64,000 nucleotides of DNA, from assembly GCA_041749335.1 (NCBI GenBank), contig JBGTBM010000009.1:64179-128178 (forward strand). The letters run 5' to 3'. Of this stretch, positions 38,515 to 47,680 are shown piece after piece. The notes under the pieces were generated by a model. It had not been told where the DNA came from. It made no database searches and worked only from the letters and a program-made list of their open reading frames with translations. Source of the DNA: Patescibacteria group bacterium. GTDB lineage: Bacteria; Patescibacteriota; JABMPQ01. Each line of letters opens with the position of its first letter. The stretch's first letter is position 1. The position numbers were made by a program, and so were the translations under genes.

Positions 38515-39426
38515 TTATTTATCTAAATTTTTAGCATCCTCAATTATATCTGCCAATATCTTCGGACTAAGCTCCATATCTTCAAATCCATACTCGCCTT
38601 CTAAGACAATTTTTTGGCCCTCACTACTATTAATTATTATTATATCAAATCCTTCTCCATAACCAAAGCCGTTACCATCTCCTTTTGCTTGTTTAAGTTT
38701 TTCAATAAATTCCTTAACTGCCTTAATACCCTTAATTTTTTCTAATACTTTCATATAAAAGCACTCTGATACTGTTTGGTGAGTTCCAAAAAATCTTTCT
38801 AATGTATTGCCGAATTTTGAATAATCATCAGGTTTTTTTGAAACAATACGATTAAAATTATTGGCCATTCTCATTTCCCGTGCAATTAGAGAAACATAGC
38901 CTGCTGCTTGCCTTGAATATGACGAACTCTCATCATCCCTTAAGCCTCTAACTAAATTATCGCTTTCATTAAGTATAAATTCTAAAGCCCTCCCCTCACT
39001 AAATGCTTGATGAGCTGCATGTTTAAATTTCTCATTTCCCTCCCACATAAAATTTAGTTCTGGCAATATAACAACCTTCTCACCATAAGACATTTCTTTT
39101 TCAATTTGAGCCTTTGCTTCATCATAACTCATATCCGCTGTTAAACCTGCTTTTTCTCCTGCCATTTGTAATAAAGCTGTGTGACCAGATCGAACTCGAT
39201 CACTTCCTGCCGCCCATGCAACTTCTGGTTTTGATTTTAGTTTCAAGCTTTTATTAATCGCAGCTTGCTTACCAGCTTTTGTTAACTGAATATCTTTATC
39301 CGATTGCCCCGGCAAAGCTTTATCTTTTTCTTGATGACGCATAAAATGAAGAATAACCCTTGTCTCTGGCCTTATTTCCTGTTCTTTTACTTCAGGAGAA
39401 GTGGGTATTTCACGATATTCTGACAT
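38515..39426 (-). CDS. Histidine-phosphatase superfamily (phosphoglycerate-mutase-like) protein
   Basis: 303 aa. N-terminal LHFMRHQEKD (RHG-like catalytic motif) and a downstream SGHTALL region. Locally GC-richer. Confidence 0.5.
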   Translation of the reverse strand: MSEYREIPTSPEVKEQEIRPETRVILHFMRHQEKDKALPGQSDKDIQLTKAGKQAAINKSLKLKSKPEVAWAAGSDRVRSGHTALLQMAGEKAGLTADMSYDEAKAQIEKEMSYGEKVVILPELNFMWEGNEKFKHAAHQAFSEGRALEFILNESDNLVRGLRDDESSSYSRQAAGYVSLIAREMRMANNFNRIVSKKPDDYSKFGNTLERFFGTHQTVSECFYMKVLEKIKGIKAVKEFIEKLKQAKGDGNGFGYGEGFDIIIINSSEGQKIVLEGEYGFEDMELSPKILADIIEDAKNLDK

Positions 39427-39435
39427 AAATTAATT

Positions 39436-40893
39436 TTATTTGATTTTTGTAACTATTCCCTTTTTAGCATAAACTTCAACCCTATCGCCGTCTTTCAAAG
39501 CTCTGGTAGAAATTTTCGTACCCACTATGCACGGAATATTAAGCTCTCTAGATACAATGGCGGCATGAGAAGTCATACCACCCTCATCGGCAATGATAGC
39601 AGCTGCTTTTTTCATCGCTATAATATATTCAGGCGATGTCATACTGGCCACCAAAATATCGCCTTTTTCCATTTTATTGTTATCTTTAAAAGGATCTTTA
39701 ATGATTTTTACAACTCCAGACACCTTATTTTTACTTCCCGTGCTGACAACCGTACCCTTTATTATTTTTACCTTAATTTTCGTCTTCGGCCAAAATATAT
39801 TCAAATATTTTTTTATTATAATATGATCGACTTCAATTTGTAAATTATCGTTTTTGCCATATAGCATATAATAATTCAACCTTTTTCCGACTTCCGCCTT
39901 ATTTATTTTTTTTGGTTCTTTTAATAAAATTAAGAGTTCATACGGCCACATCCACTGTAATTTTTTTAAGTCCCATTTCCTCCTTTTTGCTATTTCGCCA
40001 ATAAATAAATCCCAAAAATAGTTCATTTTCCAAATATACGCTTTTCTGTGATCCTGCCACCAAATACATTCACTCAGCTGCTTTGCGATATAAATAATTT
40101 CACTATTTAATTTTATTTTTTTTATCAACCTTTCCTTTCTTAGGCTGTTATTTCTAATGTTATTTTTTATTTCATCAATTCTTATTTTAGCGCTTTTTTC
40201 TTTTAATAAGTCCTGTAATTTTTTATCAAAGTATCCACTCTTTAAAACACGGTTTCCGCCATAGCTATTTAATAGCCAATAATATTTTATCGCGTGTTTT
40301 TTCAAGGCTTTAGAATAATCATCCTTGTCTTTTATATTAGCCAATTTTAATAAATCCAACTCTTCAGTTTGGAAAAATGAAGGCTTAATCGGCGCGCTTA
40401 ATATCTCCAGATATTCGTCTGCTTTATCTTTAAATAATTTTTTCAACTTTTGCCTTAATAAATATTCTCCGCCCCAATTGGCAATTTCCGGCACATGGAC
40501 AATAATCCAAAATTTCAGATTAAAATCGTAAAATTCTTTTAAATGATTATATAATTTCTGATCGGATATATCCTTCCAATTTATTTTTTCCAACTCACGA
40601 GAAATTTTTTGGTAATCTTTTATCCATTGCTGATACTTGCTCCAATGCTGCAAATAAAATTTTTTGTCCAATAAATAATAACTAAAATATTTCAGTCCAA
40701 CACCTTGCAGCGCTTTCATTTCATTTATCCACAAACCGCGCCCGTCTTGATAAAGAACTAAGTATGAAGGCCATGCCCACTTATAAAATTTTTTAGTGCT
40801 TGTTAAAACCACTTTCATAAAACAGGAACCATATAAAATCTTAAAATCTATCGGGCCCCATTTAAATAGCTCTTTCTTGGGATCAATAATCAT
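39436..40893 (-). CDS. PEP-utilizing-enzyme mobile domain protein, paralog B, with an about 390-aa N-terminal domain of unknown function
   Basis: C-terminal GDILVASMTSPEYIIAMKKAAAIIADEGGMTSHAAIVSRELNIPCIVGT. The N-domain shares the KxYxWL...YGG...YF motif with paralog C. Confidence 0.65.
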   Translation of the reverse strand: MIIDPKKELFKWGPIDFKILYGSCFMKVVLTSTKKFYKWAWPSYLVLYQDGRGLWINEMKALQGVGLKYFSYYLLDKKFYLQHWSKYQQWIKDYQKISRELEKINWKDISDQKLYNHLKEFYDFNLKFWIIVHVPEIANWGGEYLLRQKLKKLFKDKADEYLEILSAPIKPSFFQTEELDLLKLANIKDKDDYSKALKKHAIKYYWLLNSYGGNRVLKSGYFDKKLQDLLKEKSAKIRIDEIKNNIRNNSLRKERLIKKIKLNSEIIYIAKQLSECIWWQDHRKAYIWKMNYFWDLFIGEIAKRRKWDLKKLQWMWPYELLILLKEPKKINKAEVGKRLNYYMLYGKNDNLQIEVDHIIIKKYLNIFWPKTKIKVKIIKGTVVSTGSKNKVSGVVKIIKDPFKDNNKMEKGDILVASMTSPEYIIAMKKAAAIIADEGGMTSHAAIVSRELNIPCIVGTKISTRALKDGDRVEVYAKKGIVTKIK

Positions 40894-42383
40894 ATTTTTT
40901 TTATTATTCCTTTATCGGCATCAACTTCTACCTTATTATTATCCTCAAAAATTTTAGTGGCATATTTAGTACCGATAATGCAAGGAATGCCAAGTTCGCG
41001 GGAAACAATCGCCGCATGACATGTAATTCCTCCCATATCGGTAACGACCGCTCCAGCCTTTTTCATCGCCGCAATTATCTCCGGATCAGTCATTTTTGAA
41101 ATTAATATATCTCCATTTTTCATTTTATTTAGATCTTTTGCGTTATTAATAATTTTAACGTTTCCTATTGCTTTGCCCGGTTGAGCGCATACGCCTATTA
41201 ATTGGATTATTTTTCGATCTATTCCTTTTTCGATTTCTACATCAATTGATTTTATAAAATTTTTCGCTTCTTTTTCTATAAAAACTTTAGTTTTACCCCG
41301 ATAAGCATATTGAACGCTATATTTATATCTTTGTTTTAACTCTTCAGCATCCACCTTACTTAACTTTAAGGCCGTTTTAATTTCCCAAGGGAGCATGCGT
41401 CGAACTAAAGCAACGTTGATTCCCAATCTATTTCCAATCTCTTTTATTAAATTTTCACTGGCATAAAATCCATAAAATAGAGCTTCTTTGCTTAAACTCT
41501 TTATGTAAATAGATTTTCTGGCAATGTTTATCAATTCCATAATGTCTTTATCAAGTTTTAAAAGCTTCAAGAATTTTTCTTGTTGTTTTTTAATATGATT
41601 TACCTGATTTTCTAAAAACCGCAGCCTTTCAATAATTTCAGCCTTATCTTTGATTAAATATTTTTTGGCGTTTTTTACAAAATATCTCTTATCCCAGGCC
41701 GGTCCAGACATGCCATACGGAAGCCAGCAATATTTCTTATAATGTTTTTCTAGTTTTTTGTTTAATATTCCATCGTTAATATTATCAAGATCCTTTAATT
41801 TTAAAACAGTCTTTATAAATTCCTGCTCTTCTTGAGCAACATGGTTTTTTATAAGCGGAGTAGCCAGAATGGCAAATACCACTTCTGGTTGCAATTTTAA
41901 TTTTTGCTGCTTTATTTTTTCTTTTAAAAGATTTATAACATATTTAGAAAATATTTCTTTGGGTGTTTCCATTACCCAAAATATTGTTCGCCGAAAATGA
42001 GCTTGGTTGTGCAATTCTTCAAATTTTTCATATAAACTGCCCAATTCTTCATTGCCTTTATCTTTTAAATTTACAGATAATAAATATCGGCCATATTCAA
42101 ACAATTTTTGTGAAAACTTTTCACTAATAAAAAATATTTTTTTGATCAGCTTAGGATCATTTAAAATTATTTTTAAATATTTATCGCCGGCATCCGCCCA
42201 TATTTTTCTTGGAAAGATATAGCTCGCCTTTTCTTTTATATACTCCACGACGCCAAAGCCAATATTTGAAAACCCGACAGATTCCATATCTTTAGTCATG
42301 CTCAACAAAGGGGAAGCGGCAAAAAGATAATGAGATGCTTCAGCTTTTTCCACTATTATCCATTTTTTGGGTCTATTTGACAT
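40890..42383 (-). CDS. PEP-utilizing-enzyme mobile domain protein, paralog C
   Basis: C-terminal GDILISKMTDPEIIAAMKKAGAVVTDMGGITCHAAIVSRELGIPCIIGT. The N-domain is paralogous to B (KKYCWLPYGMSGPAWDKRYF). Its 4-nt overlap with gene B suggests co-translation. Confidence 0.65.
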   Translation of the reverse strand: MSNRPKKWIIVEKAEASHYLFAASPLLSMTKDMESVGFSNIGFGVVEYIKEKASYIFPRKIWADAGDKYLKIILNDPKLIKKIFFISEKFSQKLFEYGRYLLSVNLKDKGNEELGSLYEKFEELHNQAHFRRTIFWVMETPKEIFSKYVINLLKEKIKQQKLKLQPEVVFAILATPLIKNHVAQEEQEFIKTVLKLKDLDNINDGILNKKLEKHYKKYCWLPYGMSGPAWDKRYFVKNAKKYLIKDKAEIIERLRFLENQVNHIKKQQEKFLKLLKLDKDIMELINIARKSIYIKSLSKEALFYGFYASENLIKEIGNRLGINVALVRRMLPWEIKTALKLSKVDAEELKQRYKYSVQYAYRGKTKVFIEKEAKNFIKSIDVEIEKGIDRKIIQLIGVCAQPGKAIGNVKIINNAKDLNKMKNGDILISKMTDPEIIAAMKKAGAVVTDMGGITCHAAIVSRELGIPCIIGTKYATKIFEDNNKVEVDADKGIIKKI

Positions 42384-42579
42384 ATTCGTAATTTAAAAAT
42401 ATTCTTATTATAATATTAATTAAACATATTTCTATTTTAAAATATTTTAATTTTATTGGCTAGCATTAAAAATTATAATGTCATTTTTCTGAAACATTAA
42501 TTATGCATAATTAATTAATAACTCATCCAACCATATCTGATTTTATGCTTGTCTATAAAGCAAAACTTGCCTTGTTATC

Positions 42580-42616
42580 AATAAATAAAAGAACCACCTT
42601 GATTTAAGTGATTCTT
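42580..42616 (-). terminator. Intrinsic terminator after the LOG-family gene
   Basis: On the minus strand: AGAATCAC-(loop)-GTGGTTCT hairpin, 8 bp with one G-U pair, followed by UUUUAUUUAUU. Confidence 0.45.
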
Positions 42617-42629
42617 TTTATAATGTTTT

Positions 42630-43349
42630 TTAGAAAATTGTTCTTTCCTCAGAGTCTTTAATCAACTCATATGCTTCTTCGGCGCTATCTACAATATGAT
42701 AAATTTTTCTATCTTGCGCATCAATACTTTTATATCCATTTAATATCACTTGTCCAATAAATTTATCCAGTTTGCTCCAATAATCTTTACCAATACAAAT
42801 TACCGGTATTTTGACAATCTTTTCGGTTTGCACCAAAGTGATAATTTCAAAAAACTCATCCAAGGTTCCAAACCCTCCCGGGAAAAAAACGTACGCCTGA
42901 GCAGATGCCGCCATCATGACTTTGCGGGTAAAAAAATAATAGAATCCTTTCCCCTTGGTAACATAGGGATTTATTCTCTGTTCTTGCGGTAATTGAATAT
43001 TCAGTCCAATTGACATAGTGCCGGCTTCTTTAGCGCCTTTATTGGCTGCCTCCATTATTCCCGGACCGCCTCCGGTAATAACTGTAAAATTATTTTGTCC
43101 TAAAATTTTGCCCAGCATTTCTGCTTCTTGGTACCATTTATTTTTCTTGTCTGTCCGCGCTGAACCGAATATTGTTACTTCTCTGCTTGTTTCGGAAATA
43201 AATTCAAATCCTTCAATAAATTCCGCCATGATGCGAAATATTCTCCAAGTAATATCACTCATTCTCCCGCCCTTTTTACCTTTTACTGGTATTTTAGTAA
43301 TTTGCTCAAATTCTTGTTCTCTAATTTTTTTCTTAGTATTTTTTTTCAT
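42630..43349 (-). CDS. LOG-family protein (cytokinin-riboside 5'-monophosphate phosphoribohydrolase / nucleotide 5'-monophosphate nucleosidase family)
   Basis: 239 aa with GGGPGIMEA and PGGFGTLDEF motifs. Confidence 0.8.
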   Translation of the reverse strand: MKKNTKKKIREQEFEQITKIPVKGKKGGRMSDITWRIFRIMAEFIEGFEFISETSREVTIFGSARTDKKNKWYQEAEMLGKILGQNNFTVITGGGPGIMEAANKGAKEAGTMSIGLNIQLPQEQRINPYVTKGKGFYYFFTRKVMMAASAQAYVFFPGGFGTLDEFFEIITLVQTEKIVKIPVICIGKDYWSKLDKFIGQVILNGYKSIDAQDRKIYHIVDSAEEAYELIKDSEERTIF

Positions 43350-43357
43350 ATTTAAAT

Positions 43358-43993
43358 TTAATTTCTATTTCTCATAATCGCGATAACGTCATCATCTTCC
43401 ACCTGATTAAAATTCTGATAAAAAGCCCCTACTGCTCCAAAAAATGGCGGAATATGCAAGCAAATGATCTCATCTACCATAGGTTTAATTTTTTTTAAAG
43501 AATCGCTGGCAGAAACCGGCACGGCAACAATAATTTTTCGAGGATTTTTATTTTGAATGGATTTTATCGCTGCCATCATTGTTAATCCGGTTGCAATGCC
43601 ATCATCCACGATTATAACTTCCTTAGATTTTAATGCTAATTTATTTTTACTGCCCCGATATAATACCACGCGCCTTTGCGCTTCTTTTTTTTCTTTTTCT
43701 ACTTCGCGGACAATATAATTTTTATCAATATACAAGTTATCAATTTCCTCGTCATTAAATAACCCCAGCCCATCTTCAGTAATTGCGCCAATCGCATATT
43801 CTTGATTACTCGGAGCGCCAATCTTTCTAGGCACTACAATATCTAAAGGTAAACCTAGAATCTTGGAAATTTTATCACCCAATACAACCCCTCCGCGCGG
43901 CAAAGCTAAAACCACCGTATCGGTTTTTTTCTTAAATTTTTTTAACTCAAGCGCCAGTTTTTCACCCGCTTCTTCTCGATCTCGAAAAATCAT
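43358..43993 (-). CDS. Type-I phosphoribosyltransferase family protein (predicted PRTase)
   Basis: 211 aa. PRPP-binding motif VIIVDDGIATGLTM. 8-nt gaps to both neighbours. Confidence 0.75.
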   Translation of the reverse strand: MIFRDREEAGEKLALELKKFKKKTDTVVLALPRGGVVLGDKISKILGLPLDIVVPRKIGAPSNQEYAIGAITEDGLGLFNDEEIDNLYIDKNYIVREVEKEKKEAQRRVVLYRGSKNKLALKSKEVIIVDDGIATGLTMMAAIKSIQNKNPRKIIVAVPVSASDSLKKIKPMVDEIICLHIPPFFGAVGAFYQNFNQVEDDDVIAIMRNRN

Positions 43994-44001
43994 ATTAAAA
44001 T

Positions 44002-45078
44002 TTAATATCTTAATATTGCTCCGATATTACCCAATTTATCCATTTTATCTTCCCATTCAACAAATTGCACCTCGGCATTCTGATCAAGCGCCTTTTGTAC
44101 CATCTCGTCCATCAAATCAACCTCCATAGCTTCCCCTCCGCAAGAACAATTTTTTTCCAACAAAAGTAAATCGCAAGCCATGCAATAATAACCCTTGTGC
44201 TCCATTTTCGCATGGACTATCAATTGTAAAACTTTTTTATTATTTAAATTATCTAAAACATCTCTAACGCCGGAAACTGCTTTATTGCCATCCCCTAAAT
44301 TATTTTCCAATTTCATTATCAATTCTTTTTCCTTTTCTCTCTCTGCCTGTTCCGCTATTACCAACGCCTTATCAAGAATTTTTTGTGTTGATTTAAATAA
44401 CTCAATTTTGAAATCTCCCGCAATAACATTTTTTAATTCTATTGGAAGATTTTCTTTCAATTGCGCTATTATTTCATCAGTACCGCCTAAAATTAATCGA
44501 TCAAATCTCTTCTCTTTCCAAATTGAATAGAGAGCAGCAATAAAATTTTTTAAATTATGTGTTGAATGTTCATCTACATGTCCCTGATATCTTTTTTGCG
44601 ACCATCCTCCCTGCGCATGCCTCCCCGGGAAGTATTCACTAATATTTCTCATTTCTTCTATTTCTCCCATATAAACCACAAATATTTTTGTCTTTTCTTT
44701 ATCAGCAACCATAACGGCATATCTTTCATGCTCATCAATTAATTTTTGCAGAGGTGCTAAATGTAGATTATGTTCCACAAATACCGCTGACGCCATGGGT
44801 TTTTTAAATTCATAGAAAAACCATTTATCATCAGCCTTACCAACAAAAAAAACTACCCCCCTGGCTCTATTAATTATGCTTTTTGGGACCTGTTTTTTTA
44901 TTTTATCGATCTGCCCAGCTGTCAGCTCATCTTCAACCTTTGTTAATAGATTCTTTAATTTAATGTTAATCTTTTCAGTAGAGTTGTTTTTTTGATCTAA
45001 ATTTAGATATAAACTTACATAGTTGTATTTATTGCTCTTTATCTCATTTAATTTTTTGATATTCTCAATAGTAAACAT
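44002..45078 (-). CDS. eRF1/Pelota-fold protein (bacterial eRF1-like, Vms1-like GxxQ variant) with a zinc ribbon inserted in domain 3
   Basis: 358 aa. Aligns by eye over all three eRF1 domains. N-domain start ENIKKLNEIKS. The M-domain loop PGRHAQGGWSQKRYQGH sits in the position of GRGGQSALRFARL. C-terminus ...LGNIGAILRY matches the eRF1 end GGIGGILRY. A CxxC...CxC insertion (YYCMACDLLLLEKNCSCGG) is present. Confidence 0.7.
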   Translation of the reverse strand: MFTIENIKKLNEIKSNKYNYVSLYLNLDQKNNSTEKINIKLKNLLTKVEDELTAGQIDKIKKQVPKSIINRARGVVFFVGKADDKWFFYEFKKPMASAVFVEHNLHLAPLQKLIDEHERYAVMVADKEKTKIFVVYMGEIEEMRNISEYFPGRHAQGGWSQKRYQGHVDEHSTHNLKNFIAALYSIWKEKRFDRLILGGTDEIIAQLKENLPIELKNVIAGDFKIELFKSTQKILDKALVIAEQAEREKEKELIMKLENNLGDGNKAVSGVRDVLDNLNNKKVLQLIVHAKMEHKGYYCMACDLLLLEKNCSCGGEAMEVDLMDEMVQKALDQNAEVQFVEWEDKMDKLGNIGAILRY

Positions 45079-45273
45079 TTTATTATAAATTACTTATTTT
45101 ATTCATTATATCAAATTTCCGACTTTATCTCAATTGATTATCTTTATCTTGATTGTTAATTATATCAAATATATAATATTTCTATTATAATCTTTTTAAT
45201 CCTAGGCTTATATTCATTGTTATATTATTTGATTTTGAAAACGCCATTATTGGTTAAATTTATCCGAACCTTA

Positions 45274-45346
45274 GCCCACGTAGCTCATTTGGTAGAGCAA
45301 TGCTTTCGTAAAGCATAGGTAACCAGTTCGACTCTGGTCGTGGGCT
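45274..45346 (+). tRNA. tRNA-Thr (anticodon CGU)
   Basis: 73-nt cloverleaf. Acceptor GCCCACG/CGTGGGC. D-stem GCTC/GAGC. Anticodon stem ATGCT/AGCAT with loop TTCGTAA. T-stem ACCAG/CTGGT with loop TTCGACT. No encoded CCA. Confidence 0.85.
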
Positions 45347-45420
45347 TAGGTGCGAATAGATGTTAAAATACAGATAAAATATATTGCGCCAATTTAAATT
45401 TAGACTTAGATTAATTAATT

Positions 45421-45456
45421 AAAAAAACAGCCTCTTTTTCCGTGCTGTTTTTTTAT
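45421..45456. terminator. Bidirectional intrinsic terminator between tRNA-Thr (+) and the PPIase gene (-)
   Basis: AAAAAAACAGC-(12-nt loop)-GCTGTTTTTTTAT. The hairpin is flanked by an A-run and a T-run. Confidence 0.5.
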
Positions 45457-45460
45457 CAAA

Positions 45461-46450
45461 TTATTTTAAAGTTATTTGGCCATTCTGCCAGATAAACCCC
45501 GGAACCAATACAATTACCCTGGCATCGGTCATATTGACTCGTAGCCACTCGTTATAATTATCGCTTGTTTTAATTAAAATATGTGACGCTCTGGTCGTTT
45601 CTACTCCTTCGGCATCTTCCTTTTTATCAGTAACTTTAATTATATGGAAGCCATAACTAGTCTCAATTACTTCGCTTATCTCGCCAATCTTCAAGTTAAA
45701 AGCAGCTTGCTCAAATTCTTGAACCATTTCTCCTTTGCCAAAAAATCCTAAATCTCCAGCATACTCTTTAGTAATTTCATCATCGCTTTCTTTTTTTGCT
45801 ATTTCTTCAAAGTTTTCTCCTTGTCTAATCTTATCTAAAATATCTTGAGCAATAATTTTTTGATTATTATTTTTCAACTTCGCATCTCTGTCAATATTGT
45901 CTTCCTTGATATATTTTTGATGCAATTTAGAATATAAAATTTCTGGGCTTAGTAATTTTTTAATAAAGTCATCCTCTGACATTCCGTACATGGCAGTCAA
46001 CCGGTCTTCCAGATTATCCCCCTCGCTTAAATTATTTTTAATATTATTCAGCTCGTAATCTATTTCTTCTTTAGAAACACTCACTCCATTTAAATCTGCA
46101 AGGTGCGCAACTATCCTATTCAGTATTAATTTATTAAGCACCTCAACCTTTAATTCCTCTTCAGTAATTTGAAAAACTTCACTTTCTGAAACCTGATTTT
46201 CATTAAAATATTTTATTACTTGATAATTATCAATATACTCTTCAAAACTAATAATATTATTATTTACTATCACGGCGGGATAAGGAAAATAATCAGCTAA
46301 AGCCATAGTAACTTTTCCCTGCCAATTATATTTATATATGCCTACGCCGTTCATAATTATTAGCAACAAACAAACGACTAATAAATATATTCCATACCTA
46401 AAAAATTTAAATTTTCTTTTCTGAATTATTTGTTCATTATTCTCTGGCAT
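45461..46450 (-). CDS. Parvulin-type peptidyl-prolyl cis-trans isomerase (SurA/PrsA/PpiD-like), N-terminally anchored
   Basis: 329 aa. N-terminal TM. C-terminal PpiC rotamase domain (GDLGFFGKGEMVQEFEQAAFNLKIGEISEVIETSYGFHIIKV). Confidence 0.75.
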   Translation of the reverse strand: MPENNEQIIQKRKFKFFRYGIYLLVVCLLLIIMNGVGIYKYNWQGKVTMALADYFPYPAVIVNNNIISFEEYIDNYQVIKYFNENQVSESEVFQITEEELKVEVLNKLILNRIVAHLADLNGVSVSKEEIDYELNNIKNNLSEGDNLEDRLTAMYGMSEDDFIKKLLSPEILYSKLHQKYIKEDNIDRDAKLKNNNQKIIAQDILDKIRQGENFEEIAKKESDDEITKEYAGDLGFFGKGEMVQEFEQAAFNLKIGEISEVIETSYGFHIIKVTDKKEDAEGVETTRASHILIKTSDNYNEWLRVNMTDARVIVLVPGFIWQNGQITLK

Positions 46451-46864
46451 TTATGCTTCTTTATTTTGAAATAAATAATCCCACCATTTCTTTAAATTGC
46501 TTGTTTCGGTTTTAATTGGTACTTCAAAACTAGCTTCATTCTCATAATTTAAGCCGCTATCGCCCGATTCTATCGAAATTACCTTTTCACCTTCTTTTTT
46601 AAAACCTAAATTCTGCCTGGCCTGAATCTCTTTAAATGAGTCAGTGTTCAAATATTCAATCAACTGCCCCAATTCCTTATTTTTCTTTTCCAAAGATTCA
46701 ATTTCCCTTTTTACCTCTTCGATTTCATTATTAATTTTTTGCCTTCTAACCAATTCCTTACCTAAACCGAATGATGTAAATATGATCATAACAAAACCAA
46801 AAAATATCAAAAGCTTAATTGCCGTCTTTTTTTTGGCGATCCCATTGCGATTAAAATTATTCAT
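46451..46864 (-). CDS. ftsB: Cell-division protein FtsB/DivIC family (septum formation initiator)
   Basis: 137 aa. N-terminal TM, a coiled-coil, and the conserved EIQARQNLGFKKEGEKVI region. Confidence 0.6.
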   Translation of the reverse strand: MNNFNRNGIAKKKTAIKLLIFFGFVMIIFTSFGLGKELVRRQKINNEIEEVKREIESLEKKNKELGQLIEYLNTDSFKEIQARQNLGFKKEGEKVISIESGDSGLNYENEASFEVPIKTETSNLKKWWDYLFQNKEA

Positions 46865-47477
46865 CTTTTACTTCTTTTTCTTTAAATTTAAAAGTGTTTT
46901 TTTCTTGAATCATTTTCTGTTCTTTTTCATTTAAGCTGCTTTTAGCTTTTGTAATAAAATTGATCAATTCACTCGCGCTCATTTTCTCTTGATTCTCAGA
47001 CTTTTCTTTTATTTTCAAAATCAATTCCTGTAAATTTTTTGGATTCTCGACCGATTCTATTTTTATTAAATTTTTAATTCCGATCGCTTGGATTTTTACT
47101 GTACCATAATTAAAAAGCATTGCAAAGATGCCAGTTAGCTCATAATTGACGCCTTGAACATTTTTATAAGTCACTTCCGATACTTCTCTGGTAAAAATAC
47201 CCTTTTGATCTATATTTAAAATTCGGTAATTTGTTAATACAAATAAATCAAAATACCATTTCATCCAAATATCTACCGCATAAACCAATGCTATAACAAA
47301 AAGAAGGATAAATATCAACAAGCCCCACTTAAATGAAAATAAAAATGCGCTAAAAAAAAATGACACAGAAAAACCCAGCAATATCCTAAAGGAAGGGACG
47401 ATAAAACTTGCCCAATGTTTATGAATAATTCTAATAATATTTTCGCCTTCTTTTAGTTCTTGTGTAAAAAGTTTCAT
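46857..47477 (-). CDS. Membrane protein with a bacterial PH (bPH_2/YdbS-like) domain
   Basis: 206 aa. Two TM helices followed by a bPH-like region. Confidence 0.5.
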   Translation of the reverse strand: MKLFTQELKEGENIIRIIHKHWASFIVPSFRILLGFSVSFFFSAFLFSFKWGLLIFILLFVIALVYAVDIWMKWYFDLFVLTNYRILNIDQKGIFTREVSEVTYKNVQGVNYELTGIFAMLFNYGTVKIQAIGIKNLIKIESVENPKNLQELILKIKEKSENQEKMSASELINFITKAKSSLNEKEQKMIQEKNTFKFKEKEVKDE

Positions 47478-47537
47478 TTAATACCAATTGACTCTTTAAA
47501 TATATTATGATAATTTTGTTAAAGATAAAATAATTTT

Positions 47538-47639
47538 ATGAAACCAAAAACTACAAAAAAGATAATCTGGTTCGGACTTGTGAGTATTACCATAGTATGT
47601 ATGCTTGTATGGCTAATCTTTCCCTTTTTCGCTTAATTG
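47538..47639 (+). CDS. Possible small hydrophobic peptide (33 aa)
   Basis: Plus-strand ORF MKPKTTKKIIWFGLVSITIVCMLVWLIFPFFA in the lepA downstream intergenic region. No RBS was checked rigorously. Confidence 0.2.
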
Positions 47640-47680
47640 ATTATAAAATAACACAAATAGCAGAAATTTAATATATTCTG

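Noticed and set aside
37444-42383. Three similar C-terminal about 90-aa segments, considered as a DNA repeat or mobile cassette
   Set aside because: Similarity is at the protein-domain level (PEP-utilizer swivel domain) with divergent nucleotide sequence. This is gene paralogy, not a repeat element.
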